From an uncultured Chloroflexia bacterium (lineage in GTDB: Bacteria > Chloroflexota > Limnocylindria > Limnocylindrales > CSP1-4), in the NCBI GenBank assembly GCA_963757865.1, contig CAVWSU010000013.1, forward strand, positions 320,350 through 384,349: a stretch of 64,000 nt of DNA, in the 5' to 3' direction. The notes beneath the pieces are model-generated. The model was not told the origin of the DNA. It saw nothing but the letters and a program-made list of their open reading frames with translations, and made no database searches. The first letter of the stretch is position 1, and each line of letters opens with the position of its first letter. Shown here piece after piece: positions 46,428 through 58,268 of this stretch. Made by a program: the position numbers and the translations under genes.

Positions 46428-47435
46428 ATGACCACTCGCGTCGGGATCAACGGCTTCGGCCGCATCGGGCGACAGGCGCTCAAGGCGATCATCGAGCGCT
46501 CGCCCGAACTCGAGGTCGTCGCGGTCAACGACATCGTGGACGTGGCCACCAACGCCCTGCTCTTCAAGCACGACTCCACGTACGGCGCATTCGCCGGCAC
46601 CGTGGAGCACACCGACGACGCGATCGTCGTGAACGGCCGCGTCATCCGCAGCCTCATGGTCTCGAACCCGGCCGAGCTGCCGTGGCGCGAGATGGGCGTG
46701 GACATCGTGATCGAGTCGACCGGCCGGTTCACCGACGCCGACAAGGCTCGCGCCCACGTCGAGGCCGGCGCGAAGAAGGTCATCATCTCGGCGCCCGCGA
46801 AGAAGGAGGACGTCACCATCGTCCTGGGCGTCAACGAGGGCACCTACGATCCCGCCGCCCACACCATCATCAGCAACGCGAGCTGCACGACGAACTGCCT
46901 CGCGCCGGTCGCGAAGGTGCTCAACGACACGTTCGGCATCGAGCGCGGGCTGATGAACACGATCCACAGCTACACCAACGACCAGCGGATCCTCGACGTC
47001 GCCCACAAGGATCCGCGCCGCGCACGGTCCGCCGGACTGAACATCATCCCGACGTCGACCGGCGCCGCCAAGGCGCTTTCCCTGGTGATCCCGGAGCTCA
47101 AGGGCAAGCTGGACGGCTTCAGCCTTCGCGTGCCGACGCCCACCGTCAGCATCGTCGACCTCACCGTCGACCTCGGGCGCGAGGCCGTGGCGGACGACCT
47201 CAACGCCGCCTTCCGTGCGGCCGCTGCCGGTCCGATGAAGGGGATCCTCGGCGTGTCCGACGAGCCCCTCGTCTCCACGGATTTCAGGGCGGACGCCCGA
47301 TCGTCGATCGTCGACTCCGCGTACACGCTCGTGATCGGCGGCCGCTTTGCCAAGGTCCTGGCCTGGTACGACAACGAGTGGGGCTACAGCTGCCGCGTCG
47401 CCGACCTGGCGAGGTTCGTCGCCGAGCGCCTGTAG
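46428..47435 (+). CDS. gap: Glyceraldehyde-3-phosphate dehydrogenase, type I
   Basis: [30 protein letters not shown]. Confidence 0.98.
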   Translation: MTTRVGINGFGRIGRQALKAIIERSPELEVVAVNDIVDVATNALLFKHDSTYGAFAGTVEHTDDAIVVNGRVIRSLMVSNPAELPWREMGVDIVIESTGRFTDADKARAHVEAGAKKVIISAPAKKEDVTIVLGVNEGTYDPAAHTIISNASCTTNCLAPVAKVLNDTFGIERGLMNTIHSYTNDQRILDVAHKDPRRARSAGLNIIPTSTGAAKALSLVIPELKGKLDGFSLRVPTPTVSIVDLTVDLGREAVADDLNAAFRAAAAGPMKGILGVSDEPLVSTDFRADARSSIVDSAYTLVIGGRFAKVLAWYDNEWGYSCRVADLARFVAERL

Positions 47436-47512
47436 CGCCACCGAACCGTCCGGGGCCGCGTCGCGCCGGCGGCCGGCCCCGACGCATGCGAGACGCATAC
47501 GAGAGGACTCCG

Positions 47513-48712
47513 ATGGACAAACAGACCGTGCGGGACTTCGATCCCAGCGGCAAGCGGGTCTTCGTCCGGGTGGACTTCAACGTCCCCCTCGAGGACGGCA
47601 AGGTCACTGACGACACGCGGATCCGTGCCGCACTGCCGACGATCAAGTACCTCCTCGACAAGGGCGCCATCGTCATCCTCGCGAGCCACCTCGGGCGGCC
47701 CAAGGGCAAGGTCGTGGAGAGCATGCGCCTCCGGCCTGCCGCCGAGCGTCTGAGCCAGCTCCTCGGCCGCAGCGTCCGCGTGACCGGCGACGCGATCGGC
47801 TCCGGGACGAACGACGCACTGGCGCGGATGAAGCCGGGCCAGATCGTCCTGCTCGAGAACCTCCGATTCCACCCCGAAGAGGAGGCGAACGACGCGGAGT
47901 TCGCGAAGACGCTGGCGAGCTACGCCGACGTTTACGTGAACGATGCATTCGGCACGGCCCACCGGGCGCACGCCTCCACGGTCGGCATGGCCCAGCTGCT
48001 GCCCGCGTATGCCGGCTTCCTGATGGAGCGGGAGATCAACGCGCTCTCGCGCCTGATCGAGAACCCGGAGCGGCCGTTCGCGGCCGTCCTGGGTGGTGCC
48101 AAGGTCTCCGACAAGGTCAAGGTGCTCGAGAACCTCGTCTCGCGATGCGACACGTTCTGTATCGGCGGAGGGATGGCGAACACGTTCCTCGTCGCGAAGG
48201 GCTACACGGTGGGCAAGAGCCTGCTCGAGCCCGACCGTGTCGAGGACGCGAAGCGGATCCTCGCGGACGCCGAGACGCGCAACGTCACCTTCGTGCTGCC
48301 GACCGACGTCGTGGTCGCCAAGGAGGTCACGCGCGGCGCCGAGCGCAAGGTGGTCCAGGCGAACAAGGTGCCGAACAGCTGGTCCATCGTGGACGTCGGC
48401 CCGAACACCGTGAAGGCGTTCGAGGAGGCGCTGGAGCCTGCCCGGACGGTCCTCTGGAACGGCCCGCTCGGCGTCTTCGAGATCCCCACGTTCGGGGATG
48501 GAACCCGCGCGATGGCGCGCTTCCTCGCCGCCCGCGCCGACGAGGGCGTCACCACCGTGGTGGGTGGCGGCGATTCCGTCGCGGCGCTCGACCAGCTCGG
48601 TCTCGCCGAGAAGATGACCCACGTATCGACCGGCGGCGGCGCCTCGCTGGAGTTCCTGGAGGGGATCACGTTGCCCGGCGTCGCCGTGCTGAGGGACCGC
48701 GCAGCCGCCTAG
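47513..48712 (+). CDS. pgk: Phosphoglycerate kinase
   Basis: RVDFNVP, SHLGRP, LLENLRF, NDAFGTAHRAHAS, HVSTGGGASLEFLEG. Confidence 0.98.
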   Translation: MDKQTVRDFDPSGKRVFVRVDFNVPLEDGKVTDDTRIRAALPTIKYLLDKGAIVILASHLGRPKGKVVESMRLRPAAERLSQLLGRSVRVTGDAIGSGTNDALARMKPGQIVLLENLRFHPEEEANDAEFAKTLASYADVYVNDAFGTAHRAHASTVGMAQLLPAYAGFLMEREINALSRLIENPERPFAAVLGGAKVSDKVKVLENLVSRCDTFCIGGGMANTFLVAKGYTVGKSLLEPDRVEDAKRILADAETRNVTFVLPTDVVVAKEVTRGAERKVVQANKVPNSWSIVDVGPNTVKAFEEALEPARTVLWNGPLGVFEIPTFGDGTRAMARFLAARADEGVTTVVGGGDSVAALDQLGLAEKMTHVSTGGGASLEFLEGITLPGVAVLRDRAAA

Positions 48713-48806
48713 CCCCTTGCCGGCACGACCCGGCGATACGCGTCATCATCACGCGTGAGCGGTTCACGCCCGAACCGTTCACGCGTGAACGATTCCCGGA
48801 GGATCA

Positions 48807-49391
48807 ATGAGCCGCGTCCTCGACCGTGGCGCCGTCTTCGCCGGCTGGGTCGGCGCCGGAATGGCCGCGGTCATCGTGCTCAGCTTCGAGCTGGTGATCC
48901 CGGTGCAGCCGGTCGTCTTCTATTCCGCGCCTCTCGCCGGGCTGCTCATCGGCTACTACGCCAACGCCCGCTCGCTGCGGGCCGGCGGACCCTGGGCACG
49001 CGTCGCCGCCAACGCCGTCTACGCGGGGCTCGTGACCGGCGTGTCGCTCGCGCTGCTGTACGGAGCCGTGCGGCTGCTCTTCTTCTACGGGGATTCCGGG
49101 AACGTCGCCACCGGGCAGGGCCCCGCCGTGGCGTGCCAGTCCGGTCCGGACTGCACGTACCAGCGATACCTGGCCGATCCGTCCTCGGCCGCCGAGCTGC
49201 GCGCCGCGGGCATCACGGACGCGGCCGGGTTCGAGCGCTATTTCCTCGGGCAACAACTCGACGGCGGGCTGATCCTCACCCTGTGGACGGTGGTGCCGGC
49301 CCTCTTCGGCGGACTGGGATACCGCGCCGCGAACGCCCGCCCGGGCACCGGTGGCGCCGGGGTCGAATCGGTCCCCCAGGCGGGGCGATAG
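48807..49391 (+). CDS. Hypothetical membrane protein
   Basis: Four TM segments and a Cys-pair loop (CQSGPDC). Confidence 0.65.
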   Translation: MSRVLDRGAVFAGWVGAGMAAVIVLSFELVIPVQPVVFYSAPLAGLLIGYYANARSLRAGGPWARVAANAVYAGLVTGVSLALLYGAVRLLFFYGDSGNVATGQGPAVACQSGPDCTYQRYLADPSSAAELRAAGITDAAGFERYFLGQQLDGGLILTLWTVVPALFGGLGYRAANARPGTGGAGVESVPQAGR

Positions 49392-49451
49392 CGGCACTCG
49401 GGTCGGGCAGCCGACCCGGCCGGGCATCGGCAGCCCGGCACGATAGCGGCA

Positions 49452-49513
49452 GGCGGGCAAGGAAGAGCCCCGGGCGGGCAGGGAAGAGCCCCGGCGGGCA
49501 AGGAAGAGCCCCC
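49452..49513. repeat. 3 x ~21-bp tandem repeat between convergent genes
   Basis: GGCGGGCA(A/G)GGAAGAGCCCC(G) three times. Confidence 0.8.
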
Positions 49514-49580
49514 GGAGCCCGCGCTTCGGGGGCCTGCCTTCGAGCCGGTGCAGTCGTGGGGCGATGTGGCCCCGCGGCGG

Positions 49581-50318
49581 TTACTTCTCCGGAGCCTTCT
49601 TCGCCCTGGGGGCGCGAGCCGGCTTGGTCTCAGCCTTGGCCGCACCCTCGGCCGGGGCCGCGGTGGCCTTCGTGGCGCGAGGTGCGCGTGTCCTGGGGGC
49701 CGCCGCTTCGGGCGCCGCGGCCTGGTCCTTTGCGGCCGTGCGGCTGGCCCGCGGGGCGCGGGTGGCCGCCGGCTTCGCGGAGGCCGACTTCGCCGTGGCC
49801 GCCTTCCCCGGGGCCTGGGCCGACGTCGCGGTCGCGGCGGGAGTCTCGGCGGTGTTCGCCTCGCCTCGCGTCGCGCGATGGACGGCGGCACGCGCCTTTC
49901 CGGCAGCCGTCTGCTCGCCCTTGGCCTTCGACGCGCGCGATGCGGCCACGCGGGCCTTGGCCGCCTTGGCGGCCGCGGCCTTGCCGGTGGTCTTGGTCGC
50001 GCGGGCGGTGCCCACGACGGCCGCGCCGGCCAGCGCGGCGTTGACCTTCCGCATCAGGCGGCTCTTGCGCCGTGCCGCGGCGTTCGGATGGATCGCACCG
50101 GACTTCGCGGCCCGGTCGAGCGCCGACTCCGCCTCCGGGATCGTGGCGGTCGCGACGTCGGCGTCGCCGGCCACGGCGGCCCGCAGCGCCTTCGTGACGA
50201 GGGTCCGCGCGCGCGATTCCCGCGGCTGGTTGATCTCGTGCCGCCGGGCTGCCTGGCGGTCGCGCTTGATGGCCTGGGGCGTTCGTGCGCCCTTCCAGTT
50301 ACGAGCCGAATGTGCCAA
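49581..50318 (-). CDS. rpsT: 30S ribosomal protein S20 with a long Ala/Lys/Thr-rich C-terminal extension
   Basis: AIKRDRQAARRHEIN...ALDRAAKSGAIHPNAAARRKSRL S20 core; divergent from lepA. Confidence 0.88.
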   Translation of the reverse strand: MAHSARNWKGARTPQAIKRDRQAARRHEINQPRESRARTLVTKALRAAVAGDADVATATIPEAESALDRAAKSGAIHPNAAARRKSRLMRKVNAALAGAAVVGTARATKTTGKAAAAKAAKARVAASRASKAKGEQTAAGKARAAVHRATRGEANTAETPAATATSAQAPGKAATAKSASAKPAATRAPRASRTAAKDQAAAPEAAAPRTRAPRATKATAAPAEGAAKAETKPARAPRAKKAPEK

Positions 50319-50462
50319 GGCGGATCGATCCTCGATGCAGAGCTGATGTGACGGCCGGCATGCCGGTTGGGCGCGGCCGTGTTCAGCGCGCGCGACCGCC
50401 CATGGTATCAGGTCGATGCCGGGCGGGCGAGCGTCCTTCCTCTGCTACACTCGGCCGGCCCC

Positions 50463-52274
<1,812 letters not shown>

Positions 52275-52313
52275 GGGTTCGGGCGGAGAGGGTCTCGGGA
52301 GGCGAGGGTTCCC

Positions 52314-53000
52314 ATGCCGGTCGACGAGCTTCGGACGCTGATGGCGATCGCGCTCTCCGGGCTCCTGCTCCTCGTGCGTCTCGACGCGCCACGGTTCGGC
52401 TCCGCCGAATACGACGTCGACAACTCGGCCGGTGGACGCCTGACACGGCTCGCCTGGCCGCTGCTGGCGATCGTCCTGGTGGCCGCCATCGCGGCGCTGC
52501 TGCCTGCCGGGCCGGGTGCGCTGGGGCTCGGGATGGACGCCGGAACATCCCCGGGGTCCATCGTCCTCGCGATCCTCGGCTCCGGCCTCGGCATCGCTGC
52601 CGTGCTCGTTCTCGCGCGGGTGCGGGCACCCGACTGGCCGCCGCGCCTGAACCCGGCCGACGAGGTGCCGCGCTTCGCGTTCGATGCCGTCGCGACGGCG
52701 ATCGTGGACGAGCTGACGTTCCGTGGCGTGCTGCTCGGGCTGCTGCTCCTCGCGGGCGTGCCGGGCGGGGTTGCCTTCGCGGTCCAGCTGCTCCTCTACG
52801 GGCTGGAGACGCGACTCGGCCGGTCACGGATCACGTTCGACCTGCTGGCCGAGGCGCTCCTGCTCGGTGCCCTCACCGGAATGCTCGCACTCGCGACCGG
52901 CAGCATCGTCGCCCCCCTCGTGGCCCATGCCGTGACGAGGTTCGCGGCGCTGTACCTGGCCGACGCGATCCCGCCGCTGCTCCCGCGCGACGCACGCTGA
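52314..53000 (+). CDS. CPBP-like intramembrane protease
   Basis: AIVDELTFRG and VAHAVT motifs; multi-TM. Confidence 0.65.
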   Translation: MPVDELRTLMAIALSGLLLLVRLDAPRFGSAEYDVDNSAGGRLTRLAWPLLAIVLVAAIAALLPAGPGALGLGMDAGTSPGSIVLAILGSGLGIAAVLVLARVRAPDWPPRLNPADEVPRFAFDAVATAIVDELTFRGVLLGLLLLAGVPGGVAFAVQLLLYGLETRLGRSRITFDLLAEALLLGALTGMLALATGSIVAPLVAHAVTRFAALYLADAIPPLLPRDAR

Positions 53001-53064
53001 CCCGCGGGGCCGGCAGGCGTTCGGGCCGCCCACGCTCGCCGCCGGGGTCCATCACAATCGTGGG

Positions 53065-54360
53065 GTGCCCGACACAGCCACCTCCGGTCCCGCCGCGCGG
53101 CCCATCCATGGCCGACAGGCGCCGGAGAACCGCTCCACCCTCGTGACCTCAGGCCCGTCCGCCCCCGTTGCCCTCTACGCGCACGTCCCCTTCTGCCTGT
53201 CGATCTGCCCGTACTGCGACTTCGTGGTCTACGCGGGTCGTGCGGCGCGCGGGCCGGCCTCCCGCGTGGATGCGTTCCTGGCCGCGCTGGCGGTGGAGCT
53301 CGGGCTGCGCGCCGACGGGCTGGATGCATCGGCGGCCGCACGACCGCCACTCGGCAGCGTCTACCTCGGCGGGGGCACGCCATCGCTGCTGTCCGCGCGG
53401 GCGGTCGGCACGCTGCTCGACCTGGTCCGAAGGCGATTCGGCATTGCCGAGGGGGCGGAGGTCACCATCGAGGCCAATCCCGGACCAGACGAGCGTGGCG
53501 ATCTCGCGGGCTTCGCAGCGGCCGGCGTCAACCGGCTCAGCCTCGGCGGGCAGAGCCTGGACCCGGCCGAACTGCGGCGCCTCGGGCGCCGTCACTCGCC
53601 GCGTGACGTGGTGGGCGCCGTCGCCGCCGCCCGGCGTGCCGGGATCGCGTCGGTGAGCGTGGACGTCCTGTACGACGTGCCGGGGCAGACACTGGCCTCA
53701 TGGCGGCACACGCTCGAGTCCGTCCTCGCCGCCGGCGTGGACCACGTGTCGGCCTACGCACTGACGCTCGACGATCCCTCGGCCGAGGGGCTCGCCGGGC
53801 CGGACGGCGATCACCTGCCGACGAGGCCCGGCGCCCGCTCGTGGCGGGACCGCGCGCGCCGGGACCAGGACGAGGACCGGGCCGCCGACCTGTACGTGGC
53901 CGCGGACGAGATCCTGGCAGCGTCCGGGATGCGGTGGTACGAGCTGTCGAACTGGGCCCGCCCGGGCCACGAGAGCCGGCACAACCTGGCGTACTGGCGG
54001 CACGAGCCGTACGAGGCCGCCGGTCCCGGCGCGCACGCCTTCGACGGACGCGATCGCCGGCGCTGGAACGCCGCACGGCTCGAGCGCTACGTCCCGCCGC
54101 TCGCCGGCACGCCCGCACGCCTCCCACCCGGCGGCGAGGAGCGGCTCGATGCCGCGACGTTCGCGGCCGAGGAGGCGATCCTCGGCCTCAGGCTCCGCGA
54201 GGGGATCGGCGCGGAGGTCGCCACCCGGCCGGGGGTCGCGGAGGTGCTGGGCTGGGCGCGCGGGCACGGACTCGTGGAGGATCTCGGCGGCGGCAGGGTG
54301 CGTCTCTCGCTGCGCGGCCGCCTGCTCTCGAACGAGCTGTTCTCGCGGCTCCTTCCGTGA
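53065..54360 (+). CDS. hemW: Radical SAM heme chaperone HemW
   Basis: YAHVPFCLSICPYCDF, YLGGGTPS, YELSNWA, HNLAYW; follows lepA. Confidence 0.9.
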   Translation: MPDTATSGPAARPIHGRQAPENRSTLVTSGPSAPVALYAHVPFCLSICPYCDFVVYAGRAARGPASRVDAFLAALAVELGLRADGLDASAAARPPLGSVYLGGGTPSLLSARAVGTLLDLVRRRFGIAEGAEVTIEANPGPDERGDLAGFAAAGVNRLSLGGQSLDPAELRRLGRRHSPRDVVGAVAAARRAGIASVSVDVLYDVPGQTLASWRHTLESVLAAGVDHVSAYALTLDDPSAEGLAGPDGDHLPTRPGARSWRDRARRDQDEDRAADLYVAADEILAASGMRWYELSNWARPGHESRHNLAYWRHEPYEAAGPGAHAFDGRDRRRWNAARLERYVPPLAGTPARLPPGGEERLDAATFAAEEAILGLRLREGIGAEVATRPGVAEVLGWARGHGLVEDLGGGRVRLSLRGRLLSNELFSRLLP

Positions 54361-56054
54361 GGCGGTCACCCTTTGCGTCGTCGCTCGGCCGGCCCATCGC
54401 GCGGCCCTTCGCCGGGTCCCTCACGCGGCCGCCCGGTGCGTCGCTCAGCCGTCGGCAGCTCCTCCGGGCCGCCGCATCGGGCTCGCTCGCGCTCGCCGCC
54501 GCCGCGTGCGGCGCCAACACGCCGCGCCGTCGGGCTGCCGGCTCGACCGCGCCCGAGGACGAGCTGGCGATCCTGCCCGGGCCTGGTGCCGGACTGAGCC
54601 GCGTTCCGCGCGAGAACCACATCGCGGGGACCGATCTCTGGCAACTCCCGCGCGACGGCACCGGCGGGGTCGAGGGGTACTTCGATGACGCGTCGGTGTC
54701 TCCCGGCGATCAGCTGGTCCTCCGGATGCGAGCCGCCACCGCCTCGGCATCGGTCCACGTCTACCGGCTCGGCTGGTACGGCGGCGCGGGCGGCCGCCTG
54801 GTGGGTCGCTGGCCGGGCCTCGCCGTGGCGGCACAGCCGGCGGCCGTCCAGGACCCGTCGACCGGATGGCTCGCCTGCCGCTGGTCGCCGGCGCTGCGCC
54901 TGACCGTGCCGGCCGACTGGGTGACCGGCACGTACGTCGCCGTGATGAGGCCCCCAGGCGGCGAGCCGCAGTGGGCCACGTTCATCGTCCGCGAGCCCGC
55001 CGTTTCCCCTGGGGCGCCGTCTGCGGCAACGCCGGGCCCGGAAGGCCGCGCGCCCATCCTCTTCGTCTCGTCGGTCACGACGGAGCAGGCCTACAACGCA
55101 TGGGGTGGACGCAGCCTCTATGCCGACAACAGCAGCGGGGCGCCCACCGTCGCCGGCAGCGCGCGGGCCGTGAAAGTCAGCTTCGACCGCCCGTACCAGC
55201 GGACCCGCGGTGCGGGCACGCACCTGGCGTGGGAACTGCCGTTCGTGCGGTGGCAGGAGGCGCACGGGTACGACGTGGGCTACTGCGCCGACCTCGACCT
55301 CGGCCGGTACCCGGAGGTCGCGTCGGGACGGAGGCTGCTCATCGTGGCCGGGCATCCCGAGTACTGGTCCCCGGCCATGCGCGCGACGCTCGAGCAGGCG
55401 ATCGCGGCGGGGACGAACGTGGCGTTCTTCAGCGGGAACGAGATGTACTGGCGCGTCCGGTTCGAGGACGCCGGCGCGTCCTCGACCGCTTCCCCCGGGA
55501 CGGATCCGGCCCGTGGTCGCACGCTCGTGTGCTACCGCGATCCGGCGCTCGATCCGCTGGCAGCCGCGGATCCCCGGGCCGCCACCGCGGCCTGGGGCAA
55601 GCCACCGGCCGCTCGACCGGAGGGCCTCGTCGTCGGCCTCTCGTACGGGCAGGTGTGCGACGGTCTGGCCGATCTCGTCGTGTCGGCGCCGGATCACTGG
55701 GTGTTCCACGGCACCGGCCTTCGCGCAGGCGATCGAATTGCCATGCTGGTCGGGACCGAGTTCGACACGTGGGATCCCGACCCTGCGAGCCGCCCCGGCA
55801 ACGTTGCGCTCCTGTGTACCTCACCCGTGCGGGCCCGGCTGTCGGGCGACGACGCGACCGGAACCACGACGCAGGCCACGCAGAACAGCGCGATCTACAC
55901 GGCGCCTTCGGGAGCGACCGTCTTCGCCGCCGGGACGATGACCTGGGGATGGGGGCTCGACGACTGGGGCGACCGGGCATACATGGGCGAGACCACGCCC
56001 GTCGATGCCCGCGCAGGCCGGATCACGGCGAACCTGCTGGACAGGCTCGGCTGA
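54357..56054 (+). CDS. Tat-lipoprotein with N,N-dimethylformamidase beta-subunit-like (DUF6605-type) domain
   Basis: SRRQLL twin-arginine motif plus AAAC lipobox; VYRLGWYGG, QAYNAWGG, VSFDRPY, GHPEYWS, FFSGNEMYW, VFAAGT. Confidence 0.75.
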   Translation: MRRSPFASSLGRPIARPFAGSLTRPPGASLSRRQLLRAAASGSLALAAAACGANTPRRRAAGSTAPEDELAILPGPGAGLSRVPRENHIAGTDLWQLPRDGTGGVEGYFDDASVSPGDQLVLRMRAATASASVHVYRLGWYGGAGGRLVGRWPGLAVAAQPAAVQDPSTGWLACRWSPALRLTVPADWVTGTYVAVMRPPGGEPQWATFIVREPAVSPGAPSAATPGPEGRAPILFVSSVTTEQAYNAWGGRSLYADNSSGAPTVAGSARAVKVSFDRPYQRTRGAGTHLAWELPFVRWQEAHGYDVGYCADLDLGRYPEVASGRRLLIVAGHPEYWSPAMRATLEQAIAAGTNVAFFSGNEMYWRVRFEDAGASSTASPGTDPARGRTLVCYRDPALDPLAAADPRAATAAWGKPPAARPEGLVVGLSYGQVCDGLADLVVSAPDHWVFHGTGLRAGDRIAMLVGTEFDTWDPDPASRPGNVALLCTSPVRARLSGDDATGTTTQATQNSAIYTAPSGATVFAAGTMTWGWGLDDWGDRAYMGETTPVDARAGRITANLLDRLG

Positions 56055-56170
56055 GAACGCGCGGCCCCTTACTCCGGCTGGCCGGGCCGCGTACCCTCGC
56101 AACCGCTGCGGCGCTCGACCGGCTCGGTTCCTCGGTCTATGGGCGGGCACCCTCGGCGCGAGGGCGCCGG

Positions 56171-56944
56171 TCAGATGCCGGAGGCGCCGATGAGCGTCCC
56201 CACCGCGTAGGTCACGACCGCGGCCGCGAGCCCCAGGAGGAGCTGTCGGACGCCGGCACGCAGAGGGCTCCTGTGCGTGAACTGGCTCACGCCCATGCCG
56301 AGCAGGAACAGGCCCGCCAGGCTCGCCAGCAGGCTGGCCCAGAAGGCGAGGCCACCGGATCCCAGGAGATACGGCACCACCGGGACGAGCGCGCCGAGGG
56401 TGAAGGCCAGGAACGATCCGCCGGCGGCGCTCCAGGGCGACCCGATCACGCGCGGATCGAGCCCGATCTCCTCCCGCACGAGCGCGTCGAGGGCGCGGTC
56501 GGGCTCCGCGAACATGCGATCGGCGATCCGCCTGGCCTCGTCGCGGGGGAACCCTCGCCCGACGTAGATGCCGACGAGGATGTCGTACTCCGCCTCGGGT
56601 GTCACTTCGAGCTGTCGCCGTTCGAATGCGACCTGGTACTCGAGCAGCTCGCGCTGCGACTGGACCGAGACGTACTCGCCGACGGCCATGCTGAACGCCC
56701 CGGCGAGGAGGCCCGCGATACCGGCAAGGACGATGATCCCGGGAGCCGGCGCCGCGCCGGCAACGCCCATGACCAGGGCAAGGTTGCTCACCAGCCCGTC
56801 GTTCCCGCCGAACACGACCGGCCGCAGTACCCCGGTCGCACGTGACTCGTGTGGCGATCGCGTGCCGCCCGTTGCCGGCACGCGACGCCCTTCGATGAGC
56901 GCGGCGATGGCGCGGAGCGGGCTCGGACGTGGCCCTATGCTCAT
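56171..56944 (-). CDS. VIT1/CCC1 family Fe/Mn transporter
   Basis: VVFGGNDGLVS, AGAFSMAVGEYVS motifs. Confidence 0.9.
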   Translation of the reverse strand: MSIGPRPSPLRAIAALIEGRRVPATGGTRSPHESRATGVLRPVVFGGNDGLVSNLALVMGVAGAAPAPGIIVLAGIAGLLAGAFSMAVGEYVSVQSQRELLEYQVAFERRQLEVTPEAEYDILVGIYVGRGFPRDEARRIADRMFAEPDRALDALVREEIGLDPRVIGSPWSAAGGSFLAFTLGALVPVVPYLLGSGGLAFWASLLASLAGLFLLGMGVSQFTHRSPLRAGVRQLLLGLAAAVVTYAVGTLIGASGI

Positions 56945-57145
56945 CGTGAGATCGCCCATGAACAGCAGGAGACGAACGGTTCACGGGAGGGCCCATCCGG
57001 GCAGATCTGCGGCGGCGTGCCGACGTTCCGCCGATCATCCCGCGGCCGCACGTTGCCGTCGTCCGGGTGCGGTTCCGCGGGATACTTGAGCACGGTCGTA
57101 CGCTGAGCGGGCGGACACGAGCGCCGATGTGGAGGCGGGACCAGC

Positions 57146-57427
57146 ATGCGCATGGGCGACCTGAAGACCGGGTGGGCCGTCATCGGGAATGACGGGCGTC
57201 GCCTCGGCACCGTACAGGATGTGGGCCAGGAGTACCTGGTGGTGTCGCGCGGCGCGTTCTCCGGCGACCTGTACGTGCCATCGTCGGCGATCGCCAACGT
57301 CGAGCACGAGCTGGTGCACCTCAATCTCGCGAGGAACGAGGCCGACCAGATGGGTTGGGAACAGCCGCCGCGGGAACCGGACTCGCCGGATTCCACCCCT
57401 GACGCAGAGCTGCACCGGCACGTCTGA
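57146..57427 (+). CDS. DUF2171 / PRC-barrel-like small protein
   Basis: GWAVIGNDGRRLGTVQDV...YVPSSAIANVE. Confidence 0.75.
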   Translation: MRMGDLKTGWAVIGNDGRRLGTVQDVGQEYLVVSRGAFSGDLYVPSSAIANVEHELVHLNLARNEADQMGWEQPPREPDSPDSTPDAELHRHV

Positions 57428-57789
57428 CGGAGCGGCGATCACCTTCCGGCGAGCCGAGGCTTCCCGATCGGCTGCCGCGGCGTCGTTGCACGCCGCCGTT
57501 CACCGGCGCCGTGATCCAGCCGCATCCTGTGATCCGGGGATTCGAGCGTCATGACGGGCCGTCGCCAGCGCAGCCGGGCGTGCTCCGGCTCTGACGGGAT
57601 TCCATCCTCGCGGCGGTGACCCCCGCCACTCCAGACTCGCGGCAGCACGAAGAAGCCGGGGAACATCGAGGTCAGTGCCCCCCTCGGCGTGCTTGGCCAA
57701 GAGGACGACATGAAGACCCGGCTCCACTGTTCCATCCTCGTCGTCGGCCGACGACGAGGGTGGGCGTCTCATGCGGGACCGAGCGACCG

Positions 57790-57903
57790 GTGATCCGGCT
57801 CACGTTCGTCGTCGCTGCGACGATGCTGCTGGTGCTGCTCATCCCGGTGGCGGCAATGCTGGGTGCCCTTCTCGGGTTCATGGTCGCGGCACACCTGGCA
57901 TGA
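57790..57903 (+). CDS. 37-aa hydrophobic peptide
   Basis: VIRLTFVVAATMLLVLLIPVAAMLGALLGFMVAAHLA. Confidence 0.35.
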   Translation: MIRLTFVVAATMLLVLLIPVAAMLGALLGFMVAAHLA

Positions 57904-58024
57904 AGAGCGCTTCCGGGAGCCACGCGCCGTGACGAGCATCGAGTCCGGCGATCAGGCGCGGGACCTGGTTGCCGGCACCGGCATCCCGGCCGTGCGGGGA
58001 GCGCGCCGACGGGACGACATCGAG

Positions 58025-58108
58025 ATGCTCGGCCTCGTCCTGGGGATCCTGCTCGTCCTCCTCGTGCTCGCGCTCACCCTCGGCGTGAACCCCGTCTATC
58101 CCGGGTGA
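58025..58108 (+). CDS. 27-aa hydrophobic peptide
   Basis: MLGLVLGILLVLLVLALTLGVNPVYPG. Confidence 0.35.
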   Translation: MLGLVLGILLVLLVLALTLGVNPVYPG

Positions 58109-58268
58109 TGGAGCGGGACACCGCATCGACGGTGCGCAGCTCCCTCGACCGGCGATGAACGTCCGGCCACGAGCCGGACGCGGGCGTGGACGTGCTCTGG
58201 CCCGCGCCGACGGAGGGGTAGACTCGGGACTCATCGGGAGCGCACCCGGCCCTGACGGGGACGATGGC

